From Octopus sinensis (taxonomy: Eukaryota): a stretch of 25,777 bases of DNA. Of this stretch, positions 1-10,162 are shown piece by piece (position 1 is the stretch's first letter; each line of letters begins with the position of its first letter). The DNA lies in contig NW_021835678.1 in NCBI RefSeq assembly GCF_006345805.1, forward strand, positions 1 through 25,777. Direction: 5' to 3'. Both the position numbers and the translations under genes were made by a program. The notes beneath the pieces are model-generated. The model was not told where the DNA came from. It ran no database searches and worked only from the letters and a program-made list of their open reading frames with translations.

Positions 1-1030
1 ATGGATCAATAGCCGGATTACTGCGTTCCACTTTGAAAGGTATGCGTTTGCAATCCAGGAACAGGAAATATCAACCAAGTTCCTGATGCGCAAAAGCGAT
101 AGAGATGCAGAAAAAGTCGTAAAATGTGACATCCGATGCAAACTTTGGAGTTCAACACTGAAGATATCACCCACATCATAGGAAGCTGTCCGAAAATGTC
201 ATCACGGGTATTATCTACCGATGAGACATGACATTGTAGCTAGGACACTCTATAAAATCCGTCGGAAGGATAATCATGAGGACAAAGAAATAAAAATCCA
301 CAATAGGTGCAGGAGTGGCTGTGTGGTAAGTAGCTTGCTAACCAACCACATGGTTCCGGGTTCAGTCCCACTGCGTGGCATCTTGGGCAAGTGTCTTCTG
401 CTATAGCCCCGGGCCGACCAATGCCTTGTGAGTGGATTTGGTAGACGGAAACTGAAAGAAGCCTGTCGTATATATGTATATATATATATGTATGTGTGTG
501 TGTGTGTGTTTGTGTGTCTGTGTTTGTCCTCCTAGCATTGCTTGACAATTGATGCTGGTGTGTTTACGTCCCCGTCACTTAGCGGTTCGGCAAAAAAGAC
601 CGATAGAATAAGTACTGGGCTTACAAAGAATAAGTCCCCGGGGTCGATTTGCTCGACTAAAGGCGGTGCTCCAGCATGGCCGCAGTCAAATGACTGAAAC
701 AAGTAAAAGAGTAAAAAGACACAATATGGTAGAAGCCATAGCCACACATAATAAAAAGGAATACTGGAGGAATGTCCCAGAGAAGACCTCAATAAAATGT
801 AAGCCCAACAAACCTGATATTATGATTTAGGATAGAGAAGAGAAACTGTGCACAGTTGTGGAAATCGGCTGCCCAGCGGATGTTAACATAAAGCTGAAGA
901 TCAGTGAAAAAGAGAACACCCATGCTGAACTATTGAGAAATCGGCAGTTATTCTAGCCAAATTACAAGTTCAGGTTTATACCAGTAATTATTGGGGCCCT
1001 CGGATATGTAACACACTGCCTAAATACCGA
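1..1030 (+). mobile_element. 3' remnant of an R4/Dong-like non-LTR retrotransposon (CCHC knuckle plus restriction-like endonuclease), decayed and split by a SINE at 306-719
   Basis: Manual translation across frameshifts gives ..RCKL..EDITHIIGSCPKMSS..RHDIVARTLYK.. (about 130-300). After the SINE it gives ..NKPDIMI*DREEKLCTVVEIGCPADVNIKLKISEKEN..FIPVIIGALGYV (about 727-1015). These match the zinc knuckle, RHD motif and PD-(D/E)xK endonuclease of R2/R4-group elements. In-frame stops are present. Confidence 0.85.
306..719 (+). mobile_element. tRNA-derived SINE, family A (octopus OK/OR-like; exact name unverified), full length with 7-bp TSD
   Basis: A box TGGCTGTGTGG (316-326), B box GGTTCAGTCC (359-368), CORE-like CTTGGGCAAGT, central (TA)/(TG)n tract, (AGTAAAAG)n tail. 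CACAATA is duplicated at 299-305 and 720-726. Confidence 0.92.
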
Positions 1031-1310
1031 TCATGAGAATACATACATAAAACATAAAAATCTGCACATACATACATACATACAAACAAACAAACAAACA
1101 AACAAAGAAATACCCTGTTGTTGATGTTAATGGATCTAGGTTAGAAACCGGTCCTTTCTCTATTGGCAAGAAATCTTGAAATAAACTGACATATACACAC
1201 ATAAACATAAATACATACACACGCACCCACATACACGTAAATACACACATACATACACATGTGTATATAATACATAAATACACACACACATATATAATAC
1301 GCACACACAT

Positions 1311-1689
1311 GGAAGCACTCCGTCGGTTACGACGACGAGGGTTCCGGTTGATCCGAATCAACGGAACAGCCTGCTCGTGAAATTAACGTGTAAGTGGCTG
1401 AGCACTCCACAGACACGTGTACCCTTAACGTAGTTCTCGGGGATATTCAGCGTGACACAGAGAGTGACAAGGCCGGCCCTTTGAAATACAGGTACAACAG
1501 AAACAGGAAGTAAGAGTGAGAGAAAGTTGTAGCGAAAGAGTACAGCAGGGATCACCACCATCCCCTGCCGGAGCCTCGTGGAGCTTTAGGTGTTTTCGCT
1601 CAATAAACACTCACAACGCCCGGTCTGGGAATCGAAACCGCGATCCTATGACCGCGAGTCCGCTGCCCTAACCACTGGGCCATTGCGCC
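1311..1689 (-). mobile_element. tRNA-derived SINE, family C (tRNA-Arg-like head), apparently full length
   Basis: Minus strand starts GGCGCAATGGCCCAGTGGTTAGGGCAGCGGACTCGCGGTCATAGGATCGCGGTTTCGATTCC, with A box at 1682-1672 and B box at 1639-1628. About 300 bp of unrelated body follows. ACGCACACACAT flanks both sides (1299-1310, 1695-1706) but lies in microsatellite. Confidence 0.85.
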
Positions 1690-1932
1690 ACCACACGCAC
1701 ACACATACACATATATTTAATACATTTAAACGTAAAAAAGAGAAAGTGACCGAAATGAATTAAAGGGAAGTAACTCGGTTGCTCTTCAATTGTATGAGAA
1801 AGTCTCGACATGTCCTGCCACATCAAACACAACAACCGCGTCGTGATTGCTTCTCACAGGAAACAGACGATGTTTTCTGTGGCCACTCCTTTGGCTCTCA
1901 TATTCTTACTCATTACATTGCCCACCTCCACT

Positions 1933-1998
1933 ATCATCATCATCATCATCATCATCAGCAGCAGCATCATCAACAAAACCACTACCACTACTACTACT
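1933..1998. repeat. (CAT)n/(CAG)n/(CTA)n trinucleotide tract
   Basis: Direct reading. Confidence 0.9.
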
Positions 1999-2347
1999 GC
2001 AACTACCGGTTCGAGAGTAGACAGGACACAGACAGGAGGCGAGAGTTGAAGACGATAACAGTGCAAACATCATGGCTGACCTTTCACATTGGCAGACACG
2101 TACAACTTCAGGGAATTGTGTGGGTGCGAGTGTGTGTACTTGTGTGTGTGTGTATTTATGTATGTATATATCTATATGTTTGTCTATATGTGTGTGTGTA
2201 TTATGTGCATACACACACGTTGGTTACGAGTTAATGACTCGCTCAGTCATCAATCAGAGTGTCAGAAATACGCAGACTCGTGCCTGGATTTTATGATGTT
2301 CATGATATCCCCACCGCACACACGCAGATGCGTGCATGTGTGCCTAC

Positions 2348-2351
<4 letters not shown>

Positions 2352-2409
<58 letters not shown>

Positions 2410-2625
2410 CAAATACGTAGCTAGCTAGCCAGCCAGCCAGCCAGCTAGCGAGCTAGCTAGCTAGATATAGGTAGGTTGATTGACAAATTGACAGATAAGA
2501 TAGCAAAATAGAGATAGACTGATAGACACTGATAGCTAGATAGATAGGTAAACAGACGGACAGATTGATAGCTAGCTAGATAGATAGAGAGCTAGATAGA
2601 CAGATTGAGAGATAGAGAGAGAGGC
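2352..2625. repeat. (GA)n followed by compound GCTA/GCCA/GATA tetranucleotide repeats
   Basis: Direct reading. Confidence 0.9.
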
Positions 2626-2654
2626 GGACAAACACACCAACGAGTGTGTGTGTG

Positions 2655-2687
<33 letters not shown>

Positions 2688-3155
2688 CATGACCGGGCGT
2701 GCACACAGCTCTCCGTTAACCTAAATCTAATCTTTCTTTGTCAGGTTTGTGTTCTCTATATTTTATCGCTTTAATTCTACGTTATACACCCACGGACAAC
2801 TGTAGCCGGTCATAACCAGGACACAACAAACACTAACAACATGCCTAAAGATATTTCAGTATATCTAGCGGGAGGGACATCCCCTTCTTTATGCACCAAA
2901 CTGTACAGATTGATGCAACACAGATGCACAATATCCTACCCATAACGGACAGTTGCTGGATGGGTCGAAACGACCGTCGTACTGAATAAAGAAGACTAGC
3001 GCCAAATCTTTCCGTTTCCTCCATCAATTACGACACTGAAAAATTCCTGAAGCAGATCCAACGGAAATTGACTCTACTGGATGACATCAGGCAGCCGGAA
3101 ACTGTGAACGTGCTTTACTCAACACACTAATTAACACACATAGCCATTAATCCTA

Positions 3156-3527
3156 GGCGCAGGAGTGGCTGTGTGGTAAATAGCTTGCTAACCAACCACA
3201 CGGTTGCGGGTTCAGTCCCACTGCGTGGCATCTTGGGCAAGTGTCTTCTGCTATAGCCCCGGGCCGACCAATGCCTTGTGAGTGGATTTGGTAGACGGAA
3301 ACTGAAAGAAGCCTGTCGTATATATGTATATATATGTATATGTGTGTTTGTGTGTCTGTGTTTGTCCCCCTAGCATGCTTGACAACCGATGCTGGGTGTG
3401 TTTATGTCCCCGTTACTTAGCGGTTCGGCAAAAAGAGACCGATAGAATAAGTACTAAAAGGTGGTGCTCCAGCATGGCCGCAGTCAAATGACTGAAACAA
3501 GTAAAAGAGTATAAAAGAGTAAAAGAG

Positions 3528-3530
<3 letters not shown>
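3156..3530 (+). mobile_element. SINE family A, near full length with an internal deletion in the 3' half
   Basis: GGCGCAGGAGTGGCTGTGTGG head and AGTAAAAG tail. Lacks the segment between AAGTACT and AAAGGTGGTGCTCC seen in the 306-719 copy. Confidence 0.9.
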
Positions 3531-3571
<41 letters not shown>

Positions 3572-3573
<2 letters not shown>

Positions 3574-3800
3574 TTGGTGGACGCAAACCGAAAGAAGGCC
3601 GTGTGTCTGTCCTCACCAGCATCGCTTGACAACTGATGTTGGTGTGTTTAGATTCCCGTAACTTAGCGGTTCGGCAAAATTGATCGATAGAATAACCAGG
3701 CTCACAAAGAATAAGTCCTGGGGTCGATTTGTTCGACTAAAGGCGGCCTCCCAGCATGGCCGCAGTCAAATGACTGAAACAAATAAAATTATAAAAGAGT
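3572..3800 (+). mobile_element. SINE family A, 5'-truncated older copy
   Basis: Matches the 3' half of family A (CTTAGCGGTTCGGCAAAA ... CATGGCCGCAGTCAAATGACTGAAAC). Confidence 0.85.
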
Positions 3801-4202
3801 GTATATATGTGTGTGTGTGTGTGTGTGGTGTGTGTGTGTGTGTGTGTGTGTGTGTTGTGTGCGTGTGTGCGTGTGTGTGTTTGTGTCTATATATATATAG
3901 AAACGTAGGTACGGTAAAATCCAGCCTGTGTATGTGAGTGTATATTTGTGTGTGTGTGTATATGTGTATGTGTGTATATATGTAATTATGTGTATATATA
4001 CATATCTCTATGTAGTTAATGCGAGGATGTCTTATCTTATCCTCCAAAGGGATTATCATATCCAAAATTTCACTGGTTTAATCGCCGACACCATTGAAGA
4101 AAATCTCTTCGATATGTATGGGATTATTATAATAAGTGTAAATATGATTAAAGAAGAGAAACGGAGAGTTGGTAAGGATGTAGAATGAATTTATTAACAT
4201 AT

Positions 4203-4289
4203 AGGCGCAGGTGTGGCTGTGTGGTAAGTAGCTTGCTAATCAGCCACATGGTTCCGGGTTCAGTTCACTGCGTGGCACCTTGGGCAAGA
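4203..4289 (+). mobile_element. SINE family A, head only
   Basis: GGCGCAGGTGTGGCTGTGTGG ... CCTTGGGCAAG, then truncated. Confidence 0.85.
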
Positions 4290-4517
4290 GTATGGATGAT
4301 GCACACACACACACATGGATGTGTCCTTTCTCTCTTCCCTTTTCTGAACTACTTGTTTTTCTCTTTACTCTTTCCCCCAGCTGATTCCTCATCTGATTCC
4401 TCACTAATAACCATATATAAACACTTCATCAAAATATGAATTTCGTATTATATGATTCTCTGCTTTCATGTTTTTCTCATATGTACAACTTCGTGGTTCC
4501 TATCAGCAAATGAAACA

Positions 4518-4990
4518 TGTTAGTTAGTTAGTTAGTTAGTTAATTTGGCTCAAAAGCAAATAGCAAGGCCATGTAGGGGACATGGAGTTAAGTACAGGGT
4601 GGTGTTCATGTAAAGAGTTCAGGCCACTTGAGGTCAAGGGAGGCTTTGAACAAAGCGGTCGTCGGCATCTTCACCATCTCGTCTGGCAGCTTGTTCCACG
4701 GATCCGCAACCCGGACGGAGAAAGCTCCTCTCCTTCGATTGAGATGAAATCGTCGCAGGTAGAGCTTTTCGGAATGACCCCGCAGCCGACGCTCTGGAGC
4801 AGGAGTGAAGAACAGCTCTTTCGAGGTTACACTTTCCGCTTATGATGTTGTGGGCGAGAATGAGATCACCACGGCGGCGGCGTTTTTCAAGAGAATAAAG
4901 GTCGAGCGTCCTCAGCCTTTCTTTGTAGGACAAATTTTTGAGACCATGAACCATGCGGGTAGCCAGCCTCTGGACATTTCGAGATGCTGT
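4518..4990 (-). mobile_element. CR1-clade LINE, 3' fragment with (TAAC)n tail
   Basis: Frameshifted translation ..VQRLATRMVHGLKNLSYKERLRTLDLYSLEKRRRRGDLILAHNII..RGHSEKLY..FSVRVADPWNKLP..FKASLD matches the CR1 ORF2 C-terminus. The (GTTA)n tract at 4518-4541 is the tail. Confidence 0.88.
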
Positions 4991-5069
4991 ATGTAATGGT
5001 AAATAAAGAATACCAAGAAATTTTCCAACTTCCTGTTATGTTATACGTACGTACATATATATATATATG

Positions 5070-5230
5070 GTTTTATTCTTGTGGTTGTTGCCATGGTGAA
5101 GCACCGCCGTTTTAGACGAAGAAATTTACCTCTGGACTTATTCTTTGTAAGCCTGGTGCGTATTCTGACGTTTCTCTTACGAGTATGTAAACACGCCAAC
5201 ACCGGATGTCAAGCGATGGTTGGCGGGTGG

Positions 5231-5232
<2 letters not shown>
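5070..5232 (-). mobile_element. SINE family A, degenerate 3' part
   Basis: GCACCGCC, GACTTATTCTTTGTAAGCC and GTCAAGCGATGG blocks. Confidence 0.7.
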
Positions 5233-5267
<35 letters not shown>

Positions 5268-5354
5268 TTTCAAAGAAAATATTTCTCTCAGCGTTTACTA
5301 TTTTCCTCTTCGTTTTGGTCTAACGACATGTTTGTTTTCGTTTCGGTTACCCTT

Positions 5355-5530
5355 CATGTTTCCACAATCCTGTTTTTGTTCCTATCTTTGACCTTCCCTA
5401 AATCCAAAATCTTATTTTGGAATTTATGGGAGTAACTGTGTTTGAAGACTCATATTGTCGTTGATTGCTCGAAATGGGGAGTGGATAGCCGACAGCTGAT
5501 GAAGGGTCATTCTTTGTATTACTTATCCTT
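5355..5530 (+). repeat. Dispersed repeat homologous to 13735-13915; possibly a Penelope-like terminal-repeat remnant
   Basis: Shared blocks TGTTTCCAC..TCCTGTTT.TGTT, TGCTCGAAAT and AGCC.ACA.CTGATGAAGGGTC.TTCTTT. The PLE assignment is inference. Confidence 0.55.
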
Positions 5531-5694
5531 TTATTCTCTCTCGTTATTTGCATATTTAACTCATGTTTCCGTACTTTATTTTATTTACTGTTGGTGACGT
5601 CCTGTACCCACATGTGTGTGTGCGTGTGATTGTGTGTGTGTGTGTGTGTGTGCGTGCGTGTTGTGTGTATATATATATATATATATATAATAAT

Positions 5695-5845
5695 GGCTTC
5701 TTTCAGTTTCCGTCAGCCAAAAATGCACTCACAAGGCTTTGGTTAGTTCGAGGCTATAGTAGAAGACCCGCCCAAGGGGGCAAGAGACTGAATCGGAACC
5801 ATGTGGTTGGGAGCAAGCTTCTTACCACACACCCACGCCTATGTC
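5695..5845 (-). mobile_element. SINE family A, degenerate 5' half
   Basis: GGCTTCTTTCAGTTTCCGTC ... GGAACCATGTGGTTGG ... CTTCTTACCACAC. Confidence 0.75.
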
Positions 5846-5850
5846 TATAT

Positions 5851-5863
5851 ACATATATATATA

Positions 5864-5932
<69 letters not shown>

Positions 5933-5981
5933 TATACTATATATATATATATATATATAAAGAATATTATATTAATATATA

Positions 5982-6012
<31 letters not shown>

Positions 6013-6019
6013 ATATATG

Positions 6020-6061
<42 letters not shown>

Positions 6062-6064
6062 ATG

Positions 6065-6100
<36 letters not shown>

Positions 6101-6102
6101 TG

Positions 6103-6139
<37 letters not shown>

Positions 6140-6151
6140 TATATGTATATA

Positions 6152-6189
<38 letters not shown>

Positions 6190-6270
6190 TACGAGGACTT
6201 TTGTATGTATATATATGTATATATATGTGTGTGTGTATATATATATGTGTGTGTGTGTATATATATATAT
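5851..6270. repeat. Long imperfect (TA)n microsatellite grading into (TG)n
   Basis: Direct reading. Confidence 0.95.
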
Positions 6271-6545
6271 ATTTCAAGAATTTTGTACCTTTAATAAAAG
6301 TGTATACATACGTGTGCGTGTGTGTGTATGTGTGAGTGTGTGAGTGTGTGTGTTCCTCTGTCTGTTCGTCTGTATGTATATGCACGAACATGAAACTACT
6401 TGTCTAAGTATTAATCTTCCTTTCACCTTCTCCTTGCCATTTTATCTAAACTGGAACCCATGACTTCCACTTTCCAATGTGAATTTTTTACCATTTTATA
6501 ATTTTATTTACTTTTATTCACCCGCGAACTTGATGGGCATTTAAC

Positions 6546-6815
6546 AACATCATCATCATCATCATTGTTCGACCGTGGTCGAGACAATGGAATTTACCAT
6601 GCTACGCCAGACTTCACGGTCCATCATGGCATTACGGAGGTCCTGTTGCTGGATGCCTGTATCCCTGGAGATTACATCAGGGTAGGAGAGTGTGCGCCCT
6701 CTGGTATTGCGAGTAGATGGCTTCCAGAGGAGAAGAGTAGAAATTACTTCTTTTTCAGGTCTACAACAATGTCCAGCAAACTGGACTCTCCTACCTTTCA
6801 CAACAACAGGTCAGC
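6546..6815 (-). mobile_element. RTE-clade LINE, 3' fragment with (GAT)n tail
   Basis: ORF 6562-6801: RRVQFAGHCCR..LLLWKP..RGRTLSYPDVISRDTG..LRNAMMDREVWRSMV, the typical RTE C-terminus. It is followed directly by TGATGATGA repeats. Confidence 0.88.
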
Positions 6816-6852
6816 CGACACTAAAAATCTCAAGTGAGGCTTCTTCATCAAT

Positions 6853-6897
6853 GAACCTGAAAAGACCCAGACTGATCGGTCGAAACATATGTTGTAC
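6853..6897 (+). ncRNA. Type I hammerhead-like motif, probably inactivated (C3 opposite A8)
   Basis: GAAC-CTGAAAA-GACC[10 nt]GGTC-GAA-ACATATGT-T-GTAC. AATAAA follows at 6900. Confidence 0.55.
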
Positions 6898-6980
6898 CTA
6901 ATAAAGGTCTAATATGAAATCGATCTCCTACTATTAACAGTATACGCACACACACAGACACACACACACACAGACACATA

Positions 6981-7011
<31 letters not shown>

Positions 7012-7504
7012 CACAAATATATGCGCATATAAGAGTTCAGGATTCAAATGGATAAAGAACCTAAATAGTTTCATCAGTGAATACAAATATATAAATTAAG
7101 AGAAGGGAAGAGGAAAGAACAATGCGTCGAGATGAGACCAGAAGGCTCAGTATATTCGAATCATACCATTTTATTTTATGTATTTGTATTCACTCTGATG
7201 AAGCTCTATGTACAAGATCGAATATACTATAAACATGAATATTATTTTCGATTGACATTGGCAGCCGAAACGGCCGAAAGAAATGTCATGCTATGTTTTG
7301 TATTAAAAAAGATTATTCACCGAAATTGGTCAATTTGTTTGTTGATCATCTTTTCTTCATTTTCTGCTTATTTAAATTTGATTCTTGATAAACTTTTTAT
7401 TCTGTTACTACCTATGAGCATAGTGTGCTTGCATACCCATATAATATATTATATGCATTCCCATATAATATATATTATTTCTATCTATTTAACTCTCTCA
7501 TATT

Positions 7505-7552
7505 GTCTCTGATGAATGGATACCTCTTATATTCCTGAAACAGCTGTAAAAC
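7505..7552 (+). ncRNA. Type I hammerhead ribozyme motif, core intact, stems I and II each with one mismatch
   Basis: GTCT-CTGATGA-ATGGATA[CCTCTTA]TATTCCT-GAA-ACAGCTGT-A-AAAC. GUA triplet and palindromic stem III. Confidence 0.65.
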
Positions 7553-7630
7553 TATCTTTCTCTTTATAAATGTTATGGAAATTTCATACTGCCTTGGCTT
7601 TATCTTATTTAACACACACACACACACACA

Positions 7631-7708
<78 letters not shown>

Positions 7709-7721
7709 AACACACACACAA

Positions 7722-7752
<31 letters not shown>

Positions 7753-7896
7753 TCGGTATATGTGTATTCTTTTATTTTTATTTTATTTTTTGTTTCAGTC
7801 CTAAGGCTGTGCCCATGTTGGAGTATATACACATACATATATGCATATATATATATATATATATATAAGACCAAAGGGGTATGTCAAAAAATTTTT

Positions 7897-8135
7897 AAAA
7901 ATACAGACTGGGACAAGAAGGCAAAACATTTAGAAGACGATACAAAAAACACGGACGGGACATTCGAAGCCTTCAATCTTCAGTCAAGAACTGGATCATC
8001 CTCGCAATTTCGGCTGATTAATCTCAAGATTAATCAGCCGGTTCTTAACTGAAGATTGAAGGCTTCGAATGTCCCCTCCGTGTTTTTTGTATCGTCTTCT
8101 AAATGTTTTGTGTTCTTGCCCCAGTTTGTATTTTT
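7897..8135. repeat. Fold-back inverted repeat (about 95-bp outer arms plus 14-bp inner hairpin)
   Basis: 7897-7991 is the reverse complement of 8041-8135 with few mismatches. Inner hairpin CGGCTGATTAATCT-CA-AGATTAATCAGCCG at 8011-8040. Confidence 0.92.
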
Positions 8136-8185
8136 TTACAACACACACACAACACACACACACACAAATATATATATATATATAT

Positions 8186-8219
<34 letters not shown>

Positions 8220-8379
8220 ATATATATAACAAAGTTGAGTTGTGGGGTATATATAATATATATATACATACATACATATATATACATATATATATATTTC
8301 AAGAATTTTGCAGCTTTAATAAAAGTGTATACATACGTGTGCGTGTGTGTGTATGTGTCAGTGTGTGTGTGTGTGTGTG

Positions 8380-8415
<36 letters not shown>

Positions 8416-8717
8416 ATGCATCCATCAATGTTTACTGCTAAAACTCTGTCTCCGCTCTCACCCTAGTACTGTTCCAGCTGCTGTATATGAGGGATGTGTG
8501 GAGGTGAGAAGAGGAGAAAGTTCCATCTTTATGGAATTTCTCTTCCATAAAATTATGGAATCATCCAAAGAACATTTCCAACGAAAAAAAAACGTTGCCT
8601 CTTCCTCAGTTTATTACTTCAAGTTGTGTGATATCGATTACGCTTTCACTGATTATCTGATTGGTTATTGATTATCTGATTGGTTATTGATTTTATGAAA
8701 TTATATGCGAATTACGA

Positions 8718-9131
8718 TCAGGAGTGGCTGTGTGGTAAGTAGCTTGCTAACCAACCACATGGCTCCGGGTTCAGTCCCACTGCGTGGCACCTTGGGCAAG
8801 TGTCTTCTGCTATAGCCCCGGGCCGACCAATGCCTTGTGAGTGGATTTGGTAGACGGAAACTGAAAGAAGCCCGTCGCATATATGTATAATATATATATA
8901 TGTGCGTGTGTGTTTGTGTGTGTGTGTTTGTCTCCCTAGCATTGCTTGACAACCGATGCTGGTGTGTTTATGTCCCCGTTACTTAGCGGTTCGGCAAAAG
9001 AGAGCGATAGAATAAGTACTGGGCTTACAAAAAGAATTAGTCCCGGGGTCGAGTTGCTCGATTAAAGGCGGTGCTCCAGTATGGCCGCAGTCAAATGACT
9101 GAAACAAGTAAAAGAGTAAAAGAGTAAAGAG
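8718..9131 (+). mobile_element. SINE family A, full-length young copy
   Basis: Head, CORE-like motif, central microsatellite and (AGTAAAAG)n tail, closely matching 306-719 and 25071-25480. Confidence 0.9.
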
Positions 9132-9919
9132 AGTGTGTGTGTGTTGTGTATGTATGTACACACACACACACACACGCACGCACACACACACACACACACA
9201 CGCACGCACACACACATAATATGGGTGGCTAATTCGCAATTTTAGAACCTAAAGGCAGAAATATAAACGTCACTAAAGTGATAAAGGGAACTTGTGAGGA
9301 ACAGTATTGCTAGAAATAAGTGTCGAAGCAACTATAAAACTATCATGGCAATACACATACACTGTGTATGTATATTTGATATTGTTTATGTTCCTCGGGC
9401 TGCTTCTCATTCATATGTCTACAAGTATGTATGGCGATTTGTTCCTTTCTTTTCCTTGGGATTTCCTATGATTCCTGTTTCCGAAGAAGAGCTATGTCCG
9501 AAGCGTAACACAACCACTCATTTCCTTCTCTGAGCGTCGTGGTTTTTTCATGTCTTTTTCTCCGTTTTTAAAAAAAAAATTAACTATGTACTGCATGTTC
9601 ACATGTAGTTTCACATGTATTTTCACATGTATGTTTACATGTGTGTGTGTGTGTGTGTGTGTGTAATTTTGTTGCTAAGCTTCAGAAGGAAATATCGAAT
9701 TTAGAATAATTCTTCCACCATTTTTAAAGTTTGTTCTTTGTTTTCGTTATTATTTTTAAGATATAAAGAAGATATTTTACAAAACGGTTTCCGTTTCGAC
9801 CAAGACATCTTGGTTTTATAGAATTACTTTTGGTCGACTCAGTTCTGGTTTCTGGAACTTCGGCCGATTGACAAAAGTGTTCGTGCATCGAATTAAATTC
9901 TGTATTTAACTGTTTATCC

Positions 9920-10069
9920 TTTATCTTTTACTTATTTCAGTCATTAGACTGCGGCCATGCTGGGGCACAGCACTTGTTTTTATAAGCCTGGTATTTATTC
10001 TATCGGATTCTTACCGAACCGCTAAGTTATGGAGACGTAGACACACCAGACTAAGTTATGGAGACGTAG

Positions 10070-10162
<93 letters not shown>

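Noticed and set aside
240-548. Recurring ORF 'LLSVSVYQIHSQGIGRPGAIAEDTCPRCHAVGLNPEPCGW' (also near 8718, 20792, 21575, 25258)
   Set aside because: Incidental reading frames of SINE family A, not a gene family.
306-1689. tRNA-like heads as tRNA genes
   Set aside because: They have A/B boxes but no complete cloverleaf and continue into SINE bodies and tails.
2800-3120. Coding-looking unique stretch
   Set aside because: All frames are interrupted and I recognise no motif. It may be a decayed LINE piece but cannot be assigned.
5496-5530. CTGATGAAGGG as a hammerhead core (also at 13886)
   Set aside because: No downstream stem II plus GAAA. The upstream GCTCGAAAT would need type II topology, and stem III does not pair.
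8049-8075. CTGAAGA..CTTCGAATGTC in the fold-back arm
   Set aside because: GAAU instead of GAAA, a 1-nt stem II loop and no stem I.
8560-8612. Minus-strand CTGAGGA..CAACG[T9]CGTTG-GAAA
   Set aside because: A 5-nt insertion between A9 and stem II and only a 1-bp stem III; likely chance.
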